Below are positions 49,353 to 63,261 of a DNA stretch of 64,000 nt, piece after piece. Position 1 is the stretch's first letter. Each line of letters starts with the position of its first letter. Source of the DNA: Heterodontus francisci (taxonomy: Eukaryota); the NCBI RefSeq assembly GCF_036365525.1, contig NC_090411.1, positions 22,707,259 to 22,771,258 of the forward strand. Reading direction: 5' to 3'. The notes under the pieces were generated by a model. The model was not told the origin of the DNA, did not search any database, and was given only the letters and a program-made list of their open reading frames with translations. Both the position numbers and the translations under genes were made by a program.

Positions 49353-52300
49353 TCCTCCTGCGGGAAAGAGTTCAAGAAATGAGCCTTCACCAACATCACC
49401 GTCAGGTGGAAGAATGTTCCGAATTTCTACACTAGAAAAATTCAAAGTATATTCAGCTATTGCTACAGAATAGGGAGCAGTTAGTGGTATAGCTCAACAC
49501 AATGGCTGTGATTGTGAGGGAGCTGAGCATCACATAGAGAGTGAGAGCTCACTGAGGGGTGGAAGTGTCACACAGTTGGACAGTCTCAATGGGGGGGGGA
49601 ATGGCAATAGGGTTGCTACAATTGGCCTGAGCAGCTTTGGTTTAGGACGCGCAAATCAACCTGAATTTCAGCTCCTATATAATGTCGCCTGCTGGAAAGC
49701 ATGAGTTTTATTGAGCAGGTTGGTTTTGTGATGCCCCAACAGTAGAACAGCCTCATTCAAAAAGAATGGACATGTGAGTGAGGTATGGGAGGGCAACCAG
49801 CCCCTCCCCTCTCCACCCAGAACAATACACCAACATGAGTTAGCACCCTCAGGGCAGGAAAGAAGGAAGAAAAAGGTATCAAAAGAACAACTAACAAAAT
49901 ATCAGTTTGTATCACTTGCATTCAAGAGCTCTCCAAAGCTTTATTTGCTACCTCACAATGGTTCCAATAAGGGTTGTCTGGGTCTCTGACTGCAGATAGA
50001 ATCACTACAATAGGCATCCAATAAATAAAAGGTTACAAAGCACCTCGTTTACATAACCAAAAGCAAAGCCTGCTTGTTAAGGACATAAAACTGTCAAATA
50101 ATTGGTGATGCTTTCAGTCCTGCACTCAACTTATTCCATTTTGCATGGACAGCCGGTCCAATAATAACATGCACTTGAGTCAATTGCCTCCTCGTTACAT
50201 TAACGATATTCATGGCTAAGTCCCTCTTATTACGAGCTCCTCCATCAACAAATAGGAACTGATTCAGGGCTTCGCAGGCTCACGGGTTTGAATCAGAGCA
50301 TGCCACAGTGCTTTCTGACGTGTCATCTGACATGCAGAGTTATCCAAAGACCCTGGCTTCCCACCTTTTAACCAGAAGGCCAATGCTACTGCCTCTCAGA
50401 GGTTGCAGCTTCCTTCCTTCCTTGGTATTCCTAAAGCCTTGGACAACCATTCAGTGGTAAACCTTCCCTGCTAATCTTTCTCCCAATTCTCCTACCCAAT
50501 AACACACATAACTTGCACGAAAACCACAAGTCACCGCTAACCTTCCCATTTCTAATTACTGGCCAAATAACATTCTTGCTAGTCATTGTCAGTAACTCTG
50601 GGAATCCTCAGAGAACAATCCTTGTTCATCATCAGCAGCAATGATACTTAGTGCTTACTGACTTATATTAAGCCCAATGATGGATACATTGATCCCGCTC
50701 CATCCTCGAGACATTAATCTTCTTCACTTAGGTCTGCAGCACAGCATCAGAGGACAATGAATAAATGCAGACAGGACAACCTAATACATTGGGACTTCTG
50801 ACTTTAGCCCTAACTAACTCTAACCCAAGATGAGTCAACACCTTCAGGCGATGAGGGAGCTGAGCGAGCCTATGGCTTCGTAGTAGCACTCCCACCTCTC
50901 GAGTCAGAAGGTTTGAGCTGCGCTCCAGACAGTCCTGGCAAGTGGAGACTGGAGCTCCGGTTCTGAATTCTGGGTTGACATCCAGTGGGATACTTGCGTC
51001 CAATGGGTGTGGGTGGCCCCCTCTGTGTATGGGTTGTAGGACCCCATAACACTCTCCTACAGTATGGGAATAACCCTGTGAGCTGGTATAAAGATGGCTA
51101 TGGCCATGAAAGGTGCATTCACTTTGCAGCCTGTCAGACTGTTAATCAGCCCAGGAATGCTTGCAGTACTATAAAAAAACAAGGAGGGCAGCAAAGTTGT
51201 CTCAAGACATTCTAGTATAAAAGTGCTCGTTCATTCAGGTTAACAATCACATTTAGGAGCCTGCAGAGGTGTCAGTTTAGAAACAGGAAACATCACACTG
51301 ATACAGTAGGAGGCACTCTGCCGAGACTCTCTTCATCTGTGCTTATTGGCACGCTGGCAAGACCGCATTTGGACGTCCTAATGAGATGTTGGTGGGACAT
51401 GATCTTTAACCACATGGTCCTTTGTGATGGTACTGGTAAGATGGTATTAGGTCAGAAATTCCAGGATTTTGCTCCAGCAATGGAGGAACGCAGATACATG
51501 TCCAAGTCAGGATGGTGTAAAATGTGCTGCAGATTCTCTCCTGCTTGTTTTGTGCTATTGCTGAAGACCTGTTTCACTCCCAGGGTGAGATGTTAATCTG
51601 ATACTCACTTCTTATCAATAGTATTATTGACTTTCACTCATTATTTAGACCCTTTCTCAGTGAGTGATCCTAGCTCTTCAGCAAAGCACATTTCCTCTTT
51701 AACAACCGTCTTGCAAACACAACCAGTGAATTACTTATCAGCCTTGATGGGTGATTGATTTCAGACACAGATGTAAATATTGTACAGCCTGACATCCTTT
51801 GTATCTTTAGCTAGAAGTCCTTATCTCTGTTTTTGATCTTCACCGGAGTTATTTGCAGAATGCAGTCCTCCCAACCCAAAGCTCTTCCCTTTATTATTGT
51901 CCTCTTTCCAGTCCCCATCCTATCCCAACCAACCTAGGCAGCAGTCAAACAGAGTACACCTAAAATATACCCTTGAAATTCCTTCCTTTCTCCGGGAAAA
52001 TGTTTGCTTGGCTGCTCCAACTTTACATGGCTTAGATTGGGAATTGGACTTCCAAGCAGCATCCAACCCTGTTCCATGCTTCCCACTGTTAATGCCCTGG
52101 TTATCTCAAATGACCTATTTCTGCTTTGTTGTGCAGATCCCTGAACTCACCCCAATGGTAATGGCTGCACATGAGATGAGACTCAGCGGTGTCAAATCAA
52201 CTCCCAGTGAGTGTGTTCAATTCGGCACAAAACAGCGTCCTAATTTGGCACTAATTATCAATTTCACTCCAACAAACCTTAGAGATAGGTGTTGGGAGAA

Positions 52301-52599
52301 TTGGAAAATTTCCCACTGCTGCTGTTGAGGATGTTGAGTAGAGATAGCTTTGTGTTGTGCTTGTTTGTGTTGTACCTAACCTGGGAGTGCTTGTTAGTAA
52401 TCAAAGACGACAGGATAAAAAGAGTTCTATTCCTTAGTGTTGATACCTTCACCTTGGCTAGCATGAAGCAACTCTATTACGTTATTAAAAATTTTCTTGA
52501 TGGATGTTCGTCCTGTTGTCAAGTTCCTATTGTCACAATCTCGAATGGAAATTCTGTATGTAAACAGTTGCCTGCAGTCATCTAGTTGCAAGAAAAACA

Positions 52600-53510
52600 A
52601 TAACAACTTGCATTTATACTTGCATTTACCATAGTAAAGTGTCCTAAGGCACCTCACAAGAATGCAATCAGACAAATTTGGCACTGATATTCGGAGATAT
52701 TAGCACAGGTGACCAAAAGCTTGGTCAAAGAAGTAGGTTTTAAAGACCATCTTAAAAGTTGGAAAGATACCCAGAGGGGTTTAGGGAGAGAGTTAAGCAG
52801 CTTAAGGCAGGGCCACCAGTGGCGGAATGCTGAAAATCAGGGATGCACAGAAGACCAGAATTGGAGGAGCACAGATATTTCGGAGGGTTGTAAAGCTGGA
52901 GGAGGTTACAGAGATAGGGAGGGGTGAGCCCATGGAGGGATTTGAAAACGAGGATAAGAACTTTAAAATTGAGGTATTGCCAGACCAGGAGGCAATGCAG
53001 GTGAGCGAGGGATGATGGGTGAGCAGGACTCGGTGCAAGTTAGAATACGAGCAGCAGAGTTTTGAATGACCTGAAGTTTATGGAGAGTGGGAGGCCGGGC
53101 AGGAGAGCATTGGAATAGTTCAAGTTTGGAGTTAACAGAAGCATGGTCTAGGTTTTCAGTAGCAGATGGGCTGAAACAGGACAGAGATAGAGGTGAAAGT
53201 GGGCGGTCTTGTGATGGTGAGAATATGGGATCGGAAGGTCAAGTCAGAGTCAATTAGGACCCGAGGTTGTGAACAGTCTAGTTCAACCTCAGACAGTGAT
53301 CAGGTAGGGGAACAGAATTGAATCTAGGGAACAGAGATTGTAGCAGGGTCTGAAAACAATGGCTTCAGTCTTGCCAATATTTAATTGGTGGAAATTTCTG
53401 CTCATCCAAAATCGGATGTTGGACAACCAGATGACAAATCAGAGTCAGAGGAGGGGACGACAGAGGTGGTGGTGAGGTCAAGCTGGGTGTGGTCAGTGTA
53501 CATGTGGAAT
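52600..53510 (-). mobile_element. L2 LINE 3' region
   Basis: Tail acaacttgcatttata; reverse complement similar to 39050-39695. Confidence 0.8.
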
Positions 53511-53734
53511 CTGACATATACAGCAGTTGGAACTGTTGAATGAACCTCTCCCAAACTCTGTGGCCATCTTATATCCCTCAACTGAGGGTGGGCAATGCTT
53601 AAGGCAATTTATTAATTGTAAAAATGAAAGAGTAAAAATAAAATGAATCTGGAGTTGAGCAACTGTTTGTGACAGACTGATAATTGGGCAGGGAGACAGA
53701 ATGAGAGACAGTGATAGAGCGAGATAAGCAAGCA

Positions 53735-54470
53735 GACATGTACACAGGTACAAAGTGTAAGAAAAAAGGCTAATGGAATGTTGACCTTTATCTCAAGGGG
53801 ATTGGAATTCAAAAAAGTGAGGAAGTGATGCTTCAGTTGTAGAGAGGAAGGGAAATGGGGATAGAATGGGACAGTGGAGTTGATATTGATCAGCCATGAT
53901 CTTATCCAATGATGAAGCCTACTCCTGCTGCTATTTCATAGGTTCTTGTGTCTTTGATTAGATCCCATCTGGAGAACTGCATTCAGTTTTGGGCACCAAA
54001 TCTCAAGCCTGATCTATTTGCCTTGGAGGGGCTGCAGCACACATTCACCAGAATGATACTGGGGCTTAAAGGGTTAAATTATGAGGTCGAGTTTCATAAA
54101 TTTAGCTTGTATTACCTGGAGTTTAGATGACCGAGGGGAGATCTAAATGAGGCGTTTAAAATGATTAAGGGATTTGATAGGATAGCTGCAATTTCCTCTG
54201 CTGAGCGAATCCAGAATAAGAGGGCACAGTTTTAAAATTGGAGCGAAGCCATTTAGGAGCAAAGTGGCACAAAGGGAATTGGAAATCTGGAACTCTCTCC
54301 CTCAAAAGGCTGAGGATGCTGAGTCAATTGAAATTTTCAGCACTGAGATGAATAGATTTTTGTTGGGTAAGGGCACCGAGGGATACAGAGCAGATGCGGG
54401 AAAATGAGTGTACAGATCAGCCACAATCTCACTGAACATCCAAATAGGCTCAAGGAGCTGAATCGCCTAG
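53735..54470 (+). mobile_element. CR1 3' fragment
   Basis: ORF 53948..54130: SLIRSHLENCIQFWAP..LEGLQHTFTRMI. Confidence 0.82.
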
Positions 54471-54569
54471 AGAGGCAGGTCAGTGAACAGAGGCAGCAGA
54501 GCAGAAAAAATCACTCAAATATATAGAGCATGAAAGATTAACTTCTTTATCCTTAGTGTTAGCTCTATT

Positions 54570-54955
54570 CTTTTTATTATTCTTTCATGGTTTGTGGGCG
54601 TCGCTGGCATTTATTGCTCATCCCTAATTGCCCTTGACAACTGAGTGGCTTGCTAGGCCATTTCAGAGGACAGTTAAAAGTCAACCAAGTTATGGAGGTC
54701 TGGAGTCACATGTAGGCCAGACCAGGTAAGGACAGCCAATTTCCTTCTCTAAAGGACACTAGGTTTTTACAACAATCAAAGATAATTTCATGGCACCATA
54801 ACTGAGACTAGCTTTCTATTCCAGATTTTTTTAAAATTAATTAATAGAAGTTAAATTCCAACAGCTGCCATAGTGGGATTTGAACCCCTGCCCCCCAGGC
54901 ATTAGCCTGGGCCTGTACATTACTAGTCCAGTAACATTACCACTCTGCCATCATC
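54570..54955 (-). mobile_element. SINE family C copy, near full length
   Basis: Reverse complement of 45283-45600 head and 12310-12600 tail. Confidence 0.78.
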
Positions 54956-55834
54956 TCTTCTGTTAACACACGTAGTATGAGAGGTGTAATGTGTTATATA
55001 TGAGTTTGTATGTAACTAGGTTTCTACACCTCGCTGAGAAACACAATTTAGAAGTACATAAAGTATGGTGACAAACTCAATATTGCACTGTACGTATAAA
55101 ATAAAACTTGCTAACCATAAAAGTAATATGTTGCCTTTCTCTGTAAAATACAATCACATTTGACGCTTTTTGACACAGCTAAAAACAATAACATTTATTA
55201 ATATAAAATAATAAGAACCAATTTATTGCTGCCACTGAAGCATACCCTTTGTTAGTCACAGCCCCGAGGAAGAGGAAGGAGAGACCTGCAATTCCTCGCA
55301 GTTGCCTCCTATTGGAAGGATCCGTGCTACAAGATGTTTGGGATGCAGCCAGTTTTCCACTCTATCATTGTGTTCAGCAGATCAACGTCATCAGCAGATG
55401 GGTTGAGTGGAAGGGATCCAATTCTAATGATGAACGTTGCCAATGGAGAGGTGGCCCAATGAGTTTGCCTGCGGGTGGTTGATGATTGAGCTCGGCATCC
55501 CGCAGTCTCCTGCACAAATCCATTCATTGACAGCTGGTCAGTTCCTCACAGGGAGCTTGATAATAAAATTATATCGCGTGATCAAACCGATTAGAGCAGA
55601 TAAAGACGGCTTGTTACTTCATTACTCCACCACTAACAGGAAGAGCGTCGAGGTGAACAAATTTCACTCCAGTTTGGCTACACGTCCACATCCGAAAGCC
55701 ACCCAGGTCGCTGAGGAATTCACTCAGTCATCCCAGCTGCTAACCCAACAGCAAGTTCACGAGGGTTTGTATTCTGCTGTTATTGCTGCTGTGAATCACA
55801 TCCAGGACTGAACCATGTTCATTCTGACATTTGA

Positions 55835-56447
55835 GGCCGAATTATCGCCACAGAGGTGGGAAATAGGAGCTGGGTTTGTTTTCAGGTCAGAACCTCACCT
55901 CCGGTGGTTGGGGGGGCGGGGGAGGAGTCTGACCTGTCCAATATAGGGTGGTGGGCGGGCTCTTGAAGCTGGAGAGCCAATCAGAGGCCTTCTAGCTTCA
56001 GACAAGCCCTCTGGCTGTCATACATGGTAAGTAACTGATAGGGTGTTTCAACAAGCAGGCGCCCTCTCAGCCATTTTTTTAAAAACGTTAATTTGAAAAC
56101 AGAAAGAGCAACCAGGCACCACTGGGCGGGGTGGACCCGTCTACAGGGTGGTCTTTGGCTGTACCCCGACCCAGGAGGGCCTGCAGACCTGCCAGGCGCG
56201 CTGCCTCCCCCTTGCATCAGGAAACTGGAAGCTGACTGGAAAATCCCAGTCGGCTCTTAATGAAGCTAATTGCCTGCCCACCTCTAAGTCGAGCAGCCTT
56301 CCCAAGCTCCGAACCTGCCTCCCCCAAAAAGGCTGGCACCAGAAAGGGCGTCCGGAGACTGACATGGCAGCCTCGCTGGTATGTTCAGGTGCCCAGGCCC
56401 CGCCTCTGTTCTTGACTTTTGGGTAGTGGGGCGCAAAAATTCAGCCC
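55835..56447. mobile_element. GC-rich MITE (divergent subfamily)
   Basis: GGCCGAATTAT ... AAAAATTCAGCCC; gccaatcagaggcc motif shared with other copies; TSD ambiguous. Confidence 0.6.
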
Positions 56448-56995
56448 TGGGTGTTTGCTTTTGCTGATGTTTAAATTCTGGATGTATAGCTAATTGATTT
56501 AGGGGCCACAGTGTCTCTATAAGAACCACTGTCTGTGATCTTTCCCCTTAATTCAGGGACTCTCATCAGTGATTAAAGCTGTCAGCTCCCATTTAACATT
56601 TTGAATCAACCCGCCAGGCCTTGCCTCGGAGATGCTCCTTATCTTTGTTGTAAGTGTGCAGTGGTGGAGCAGGAGTAGCTTCAAGAGAATTCATCCCACC
56701 CCATGTCTCAGAATTCAATGCAAGCCAGACACATAATTCAAGCCTCACCTGGTACGAGTCCAATCCCCAAGGCCAGTAGAGTAGGTTCATTTAGCCCATA
56801 ACATTGTTCAAAGAAGAGCGGAGAGTTCTCCCAGTCTCCTGGCCAACATTCATCCCACAAGCAACACAATCAAAACAGATGAATCAGTTATTCATCTCCT
56901 TTTTCACTTGTGGGATCTAGCTGTGCACATATTGACGGCTGTGCTATCCAACATAATTACAGTATGTGGAGAGACTGGAGAAGCTGGGATTGTTC

Positions 56996-57520
56996 TTTTG
57001 TTTTATTTATTTTGTGGGATGTGAGCATTGCTGGCAAAACCAGCATTTGTTGCCTGTCCCTAATTGCCCTTGAGAAGGTGGTGGTGAGCTGCCTTCTTGA
57101 ACTGTTGCAGTCCATGTGGTGTAGGTACACCCACAGTGCTGTTCGGGAGGGACCTCCAGGATTTTGAACCAGCGACAGTGAAGGATATAGTTCCAAGTCA
57201 GGATGGTGTGTGGTTTGGAGGGGAAACTGCAGGTAATGGTGTTCCCATGTGTCTGCTGCCCTTGTCGTTTTAGGTGGTAGAGATCGCGATTTTGGAAGGT
57301 GCTGTCGAACGAGACTAGGCGAGACGCTGCAGTGCATCTTGTAGATGGTACACACTGCTGCCATTGTGCGCAGGTGGTAAAGGGAGTGAATGTTTAAGGT
57401 GGTGGATGGTGTGCCAATCAAGCGGGCTACTTTGTCCTGGATGGTGTCGAGCTTCCTAAGTGTTGTTGGAGCTGCACTCATCCAGGCAAGTGGAGAGTAT
57501 TCCATCACACTCCTGACTTG
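56996..57520 (-). mobile_element. CR1/L2-group LINE 3' end (second family) inserted in a CR1 fragment
   Basis: ORF 56957..57508: MEYSPLAWMSAAPTTLRKLDTIQDKVARLIG; flanking CR1 rejoins at gggattgttc|cttagaac. Confidence 0.82.
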
Positions 57521-57899
57521 TGTTCCTTAGAACAAGGAAGGTAAAGGGGAGATTTGATCGAGGTGTTCAAACTTAGGAGGAGTTTTGATATAGTAAATAT
57601 GGAGAAACTATTTTCACTGGCAAGAGGTTTGGTAAACAGAAGTCTCAGATTTAAGATACTTGACAAAAGTACTGGAGAAAAATGAAGAGAATGATTTTTA
57701 TACAGCAAGTTATGATAGTCTGGAATGCACTGCCTGCAAGGATGGTAGAAGCAGATTCAATAGTAACTTTCAAAAGGGGACTTGAAAAGTAAAATTTGCA
57801 GGGACATGGGGAAAGAACGGGGGTGTGAACTCATTGTAAGGTGCTTTCAAAGAGCCGGTTCACACGCAGTAAGCATCTTTCTGTGCTGTAGGATTCTAA

Positions 57900-58459
57900 G
57901 GCGGGGATTTTACCAGCCCTCTGGAGATCGGCTTGGCAGGCAGGAGAGTTGGTAAAATGCCAGCGGAAGGCATCGGGAGGGAAGCCCGACAACTTCCTGC
58001 TGCCATGGGAAAAGGCAGGAATGGCAGATACTCAGCTGCCCGCCTCTGGTTGGTGGGCGGCCAATTAATCCAATTAACTGGCCCATTAACGGCCATCGTA
58101 CACCCCCCGCCGGAATTTTACCAAGCATCAGAATGGCTCCCTGTCATGTGGGGAGACCACCACATACATCGATGGCCCATGGAGGGGCCCCCCTGGTGCA
58201 ATGGCCGCCTCCGCAGCAGGTCTGATCACCGGGGGCCTGCCCGCCTTGCCCCGCCAAAATAAGAAAATTTCTTCCCGGCCCTTCGAGGTCACCTCAATAT
58301 TGAAGCACCCTCTCCCTCCCCTTGCAGACTCAGCAGCGGCCACCTTATAATTGGCCGCCGCCAGTAAAATCCCTTCCGACGCCCCGCTGTTCACGCGGGC
58401 TCTGGACCTGCATTTGAACTCAAGGGCAGGATCCTTGGCGTGCCAGTAAAATTCCGGCC
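57900..58459. mobile_element. GC-rich MITE
   Basis: GGCGGGGATTTTAC / GTAAAATTCCGGCC (12/14); TAA/TAT flanks inside a CR1 gattctat tail. Confidence 0.72.
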
Positions 58460-59944
58460 TATGATTCAGTGACTGCACTTCCACTATCTGTGCAGAGCTG
58501 TGGAACATCCTGAGGATGGGAAGGTGCTGTATAAAGGCAAGTTCTTTCTTAAATTTCGGTGATGTTCTTTTGGGTTATACTCACTGTTCACTTAGTCAGG
58601 CAGGTGATTTTATTGAGACATCGAAATGAACATAGAACATCACCGAGATGATAGAACACAAGTTTTTTTAAGCCTTTATGTTGTAGAAGAGAAGACTGAT
58701 GGGTGGGTGGGGGAGGCAAGCTCCGCATTTTGAGTTACTGAGCTGGAATAAGTTATAGTGGGAGGGAGTGCAACCAGTCTTTGAGTTCAACCCAATGAGA
58801 TTTGGTAATTAGATGCTCAGAGATGAACATCCAGAGTGTAGCAGTAAAATAACAAACATTTCAATACAGAGTGAGAAAGAGAGTAAATGGGACGGAAAGA
58901 GGAAGTGGGAGAGAGAACGAGAGAGAGGGTATGAAGCCGAGTAGACAAGCGTCATAACTATATCAGCAGCTGGAATAAGGGAAAGTGCTTGGCAGTTTTA
59001 CAGTGGGAGTGAAAAAGCAGGCAGGTTTCAAAAAGGACAAAGCAAATTCATGGAGCTGATGCAAAACTCCTCCTCAAAAACACGTTACCAGGGCACAGGA
59101 CATCAAATATTAAGCAATAAACCCAAAATAGTTGTCAATTTATAAGCTGAATAATACTTACATGGAAAATACAATAAGATTTTCTATGATGACAGGGATA
59201 ATAGGAAGCAATAACAATATGAATTCAGTTGATTTCAAAGGGAAGAGTTAAAGACCATGCATTAGGTAATAAATGCAAGTGAAAATCACCATGGTAACCA
59301 GACTGCCTTCAAGAGTAAGATGGAAGGGCTACATACTGTTGGGAATTGGGAGATTCAAGGCAGAAGCTCTACTGGTTGAACAGAGTTGAAAGCAAGTAGA
59401 AGGGAACAACAAGGAACTTTAAAATTCTTTAAGGATGAATGAAGGGACTGAGATTTGAAAGTACAGAAAAATATATATAAAGCTATTGGAATATTTGGGC
59501 AGAGTTGAGATGAGCATCGGGGAAAAAAATAATTTCTTTAGCTATTTTTACCAGAACATTTTTTACCAGAATATTTTTACCAATGAACAAGGAAGCCGTT
59601 GGGAAGATGAGGGAATCGGAGTGGTAGGAGAGAAGGATATGGAAGAACATTAGATTAAATCCTGCAGAGTTGTGCTCACAATGTCAGGGCTACATCAATG
59701 TAATGGCAAACGGAAACAATGGTTCAAAATAAAATTACAGTCTGCTAAAGGGTCCAAGCCAAGATGCAAGGTATCTGAGAACTCTCAAACAAACCAGTGG
59801 AGCTGCATCCATTGGGAGTTTTGCTGAAAACTTATCGAAAATGGGTAGCACCACAAAATATGATCCCAGTGTCCAAGAAAAGAGCAACGTCTCGCGCGTT
59901 TGTGAGCCATTCAGCTTTACATCAACCGTGCGAACATGTAAAAG

Positions 59945-60960
59945 ACCTTTTTTTTTTATTCGTGCGTGGGATGCGAGCATCGCTGGCAAGGCCAGCATTT
60001 GTGCCATCCTTAATTGCCCTTGAGAAGGTGGTGGTGAGCCACCTTCTTGAACCGCTGCAGTTCATCTGATGTAGGTACACCCACAGTTCTGTAAGGGAGG
60101 GAGTTCCAGGTTTTTGACCCAGCAACAGTGAAGGAACGGCAATATAGTTTCGAGTCAGGATGGTGACTTGGAGGGGAACCTGCAGGTGGTGGCGTTCCCA
60201 TGCATCTGCTGCCCTTGTCCTTCTAGGTGGTAGAGGTCGCAGATTTGGAAGGTGCTGTTGAAGGAGGCTTGGCGAGTTGTGCCAATGGTGGAGGGATTGA
60301 ATGGTTTAAGCTTTTTTTTTAAAAATTCTTTCATGGGATGTGGGCAAGGCCAGTATTTGTTAATGGGCCAATCAAGCAGACTCCTTTGTCCTGAATAATG
60401 TTGAGCTTCTTGAGTCTTGTTGGAGCTGCACTCATCCCAGGCAAGTGGAGAGTGTTCCATCTCACTCTTGACTTGTGCCTTTTAGGTAGTGGGCAGATTT
60501 TGGAAAGTCAGGAGGTGAGCATCTGGCATGTTCCTGTAGCCACAATATTTGTATGTCTGGTCCAGTTAAGTTTCTGGTCAATGGTAACCTCCAGGATGTT
60601 GATGGTGGTGGATTCAGCAATGGTAATGCCATTGAATATTAAGGGAAAATGGTTTGATTCTCTCTTGCCGGAGACAGTCATTTCCTGGCACTTGTGTGGC
60701 ACAAATGTTACTTGCCACTTATTAGCCCAAGTTTGAATGTTGTCCAGGTCTTGCTGCACGCGGACACAAAGTGCTTCAGTAACTGAGAAGCCGCAAATGG
60801 TACTGAACACTATTCAAATCAACAGAAAACATCTTCACTTCTGATCTTATGATGGAGGGAAGGTCATTGATGAAACAGCTGAAGATGGTTGGGCCTAGGA
60901 CACTACCCTGAGGAACTCTTGCAGCGATGTCCTGGGCCTGAGATGATTGGCCTCCAACAA
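59945..60960 (-). mobile_element. CR1/L2-group LINE fragment, same family as 56996-57520
   Basis: ORF 60508..60810: QQDLDNIQTWANKWQVTFVPHKCQ; ORF 60155..60460 MEHSPLAW. Confidence 0.82.
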
Positions 60961-61401
60961 TCTATTATAAAGAATCTATTATAAAGAAAACAAATATTAA
61001 GAATGAAGACAGACTCCCTAACGATCATGTAGCAACCAATAAGTTACTGAGCCATCCAGATCAGGAAGCTCCCAGATTAGGTTCCCAATCTTCACAGACT
61101 TTGCTCTTTCTTGGCTACTGGGATCATATTTTGTGGTGATGCCCATTTTCAATAAGATTTCTGCAAATTTCCAACAGGTGCATCGCCACTTGTTTTCACC
61201 CAATAGCATTGCTAATGGCTTCAATGATCCTGGACCAGGAAATCTCAAAAATCAGCTAGGGTTTCCAGTCCTTATCACTATCTAGCGTCCCCTCCAGTTT
61301 GTGTCAACATCTTGGAAGAATACGATTATTCCTGACTTTGATATCCCTCCATAGATGAACTGGCTTCGTGCCTCGTTATATGGTGTTAGTAATTAAAAGA
61401 A

Positions 61402-61600
61402 AAACTTGCATTTATATAGCACCTTTCATGACTTCTGGCCATCCTGAAGTGCTGTAATGTAGGAAATGCCGAAGCCAATTTGTGCACAGGAAGATCCCAC
61501 AAACAGCAATGTGATAATGACTTGATCATCTGTTTTAGTGGTGTTGGTTGAGGGATAAATATTGGCCAGGATAATGGGGAGAACTCCCCTGCTCTTCTTC
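61402..61600 (-). mobile_element. DeuSINE 3' half
   Basis: acttgcatttatatagcacc tail and gatcccacaaacagcaatgtgataatgac. Confidence 0.75.
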
Positions 61601-61759
61601 GAATAGGTCTACCAACACTCATTATCTAGGGGTAGGAATGAAGAATAGTCACTTGAGGCGAGGTACTGGAGGGTTACCAGCACTCCTAGAACCACAGAAG
61701 GCAGCAGTGCCTTCAGGAGTGATGGGTTCAATGGGTTAAACAAAGGCCATGAATAAAGA

Positions 61760-62560
61760 ATGAAAGCTAACATGCGTTAAGGAAGAGGAAGTCACAGCTA
61801 ACAAATGTAGTGAAATAGAATTGAGAACATGAAAGGATGAAGATAACATGGTGGATATTATATATCTTGACTTCCAGAGGCATTTTGCTGTGACCCTCAC
61901 AAAGTAAATGCTCGAGGGACCGAGAGAGAAGCTGCAAGTTCGATAGAAAATTAGCTTGACAATAGAAAAGAGAGAGGAGTTATAAGTGGTAATTATTGGT
62001 GCTGGGCAGTAGTGACTAGTGAATCTGTAGGGATCAGTCCTACCGCTTCTGCTGTTCACAATGTTTATTAATGACCTTGAGAACTGAATTTTAAGCAGAA
62101 TGGTGATAATAATGAATTGACAGAAAGATAAGAGTTGAACAACCTTCAAATGTATTTTTAAATTAGTGTCTGTGAAAATTAGTGGCATATGGTATTCAGC
62201 ACTGGTAAATCAAAGATAATGTGTATGAATATTAATAACTATGATTACATAAGGAACGAGTATAAGTAATGTAGAATACAGAGCAAAAGAAAGACATCTA
62301 ATGTGATAGCTGACTTGTCCTTAACAACAACTCCGCAAAGCAAAGCTACAACTGGCACAGTGAACAAGACATTAGGGTGTATTATAAATATCTTGCTAGA
62401 TGCACAGCGTATGAGCCCAAGAAAATAATATTGCCACTCAGTGATCCATTATTGACACCACAGGAGATAATTAAACCTTCAAAAAGATGTAGGGTAATGA
62501 CAAAAGGCAGAATGAAGAGCAACAAGGGAAAAGGGCAAATGTTCGTGATTCCACTGCATA
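61760..62560 (+). mobile_element. Ancient, highly degenerate CR1 RT remnant
   Basis: gtggatattatatatcttgacttccag (VDIIYLDFQ) and ggatcagtccta...ttcacaatgtttattaatgacctt (GSVL..FTMFINDL). Confidence 0.65.
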
Positions 62561-63261
62561 AATATTTACACTAATGAATATTACAATATAGGAATAATTA
62601 AAGAGCTCATGATGAACAGCACCTAATTGGCCATGACCTCTACCTTGCACTCTGTGACTAATTTAATATTGGAGACCTCGGTGTTTGATGAACTTGCGTG
62701 TTCATTATGACAATTTATTTTTGTCTCTATCTGCGTTATTCCAGTCTAAAGGTCAAAACTGCAAGGTAAGGAGTTAGAACATAATAACAGAGTAAATGAG
62801 GTGGCAACTGGGAATCAGTAAAATGCACTACAGGGCATGATTAGTAGATGAAGACCGTGACTAAAGTCTCATGAATTCAGGTCAAATTCCCCCACATTTC
62901 AAGCTGTCAACAAATTGGAATGAGTTCCTCTCAGCTTCCCATCTAACAGGCAATCTGTCCCTCACCTCCAGTCTCCAAACGTGCTCTTCTCCACCACGAC
63001 TTTGTTATTTGATTGATGCAGTCATGGTTGGATCTCTTCGGGCCTTTCTTCCTTCCTCCACACGCTCATCCTCAATGCATCCTCGCTGTGCTGAAACCAA
63101 GACCAGTGCAGTCTTTTCCGGGATCATAAAACTATGAAGCTCTTTACATCCTTTGGGTTTCAGAGGAGGCTAGAATCAATCATGGCCATATTATCCCTCC
63201 ACGGTTAAACAGCTTCTTTTTTTCAAATCACTACTTCCCAACTTACCTCCCCTCCTACTCG

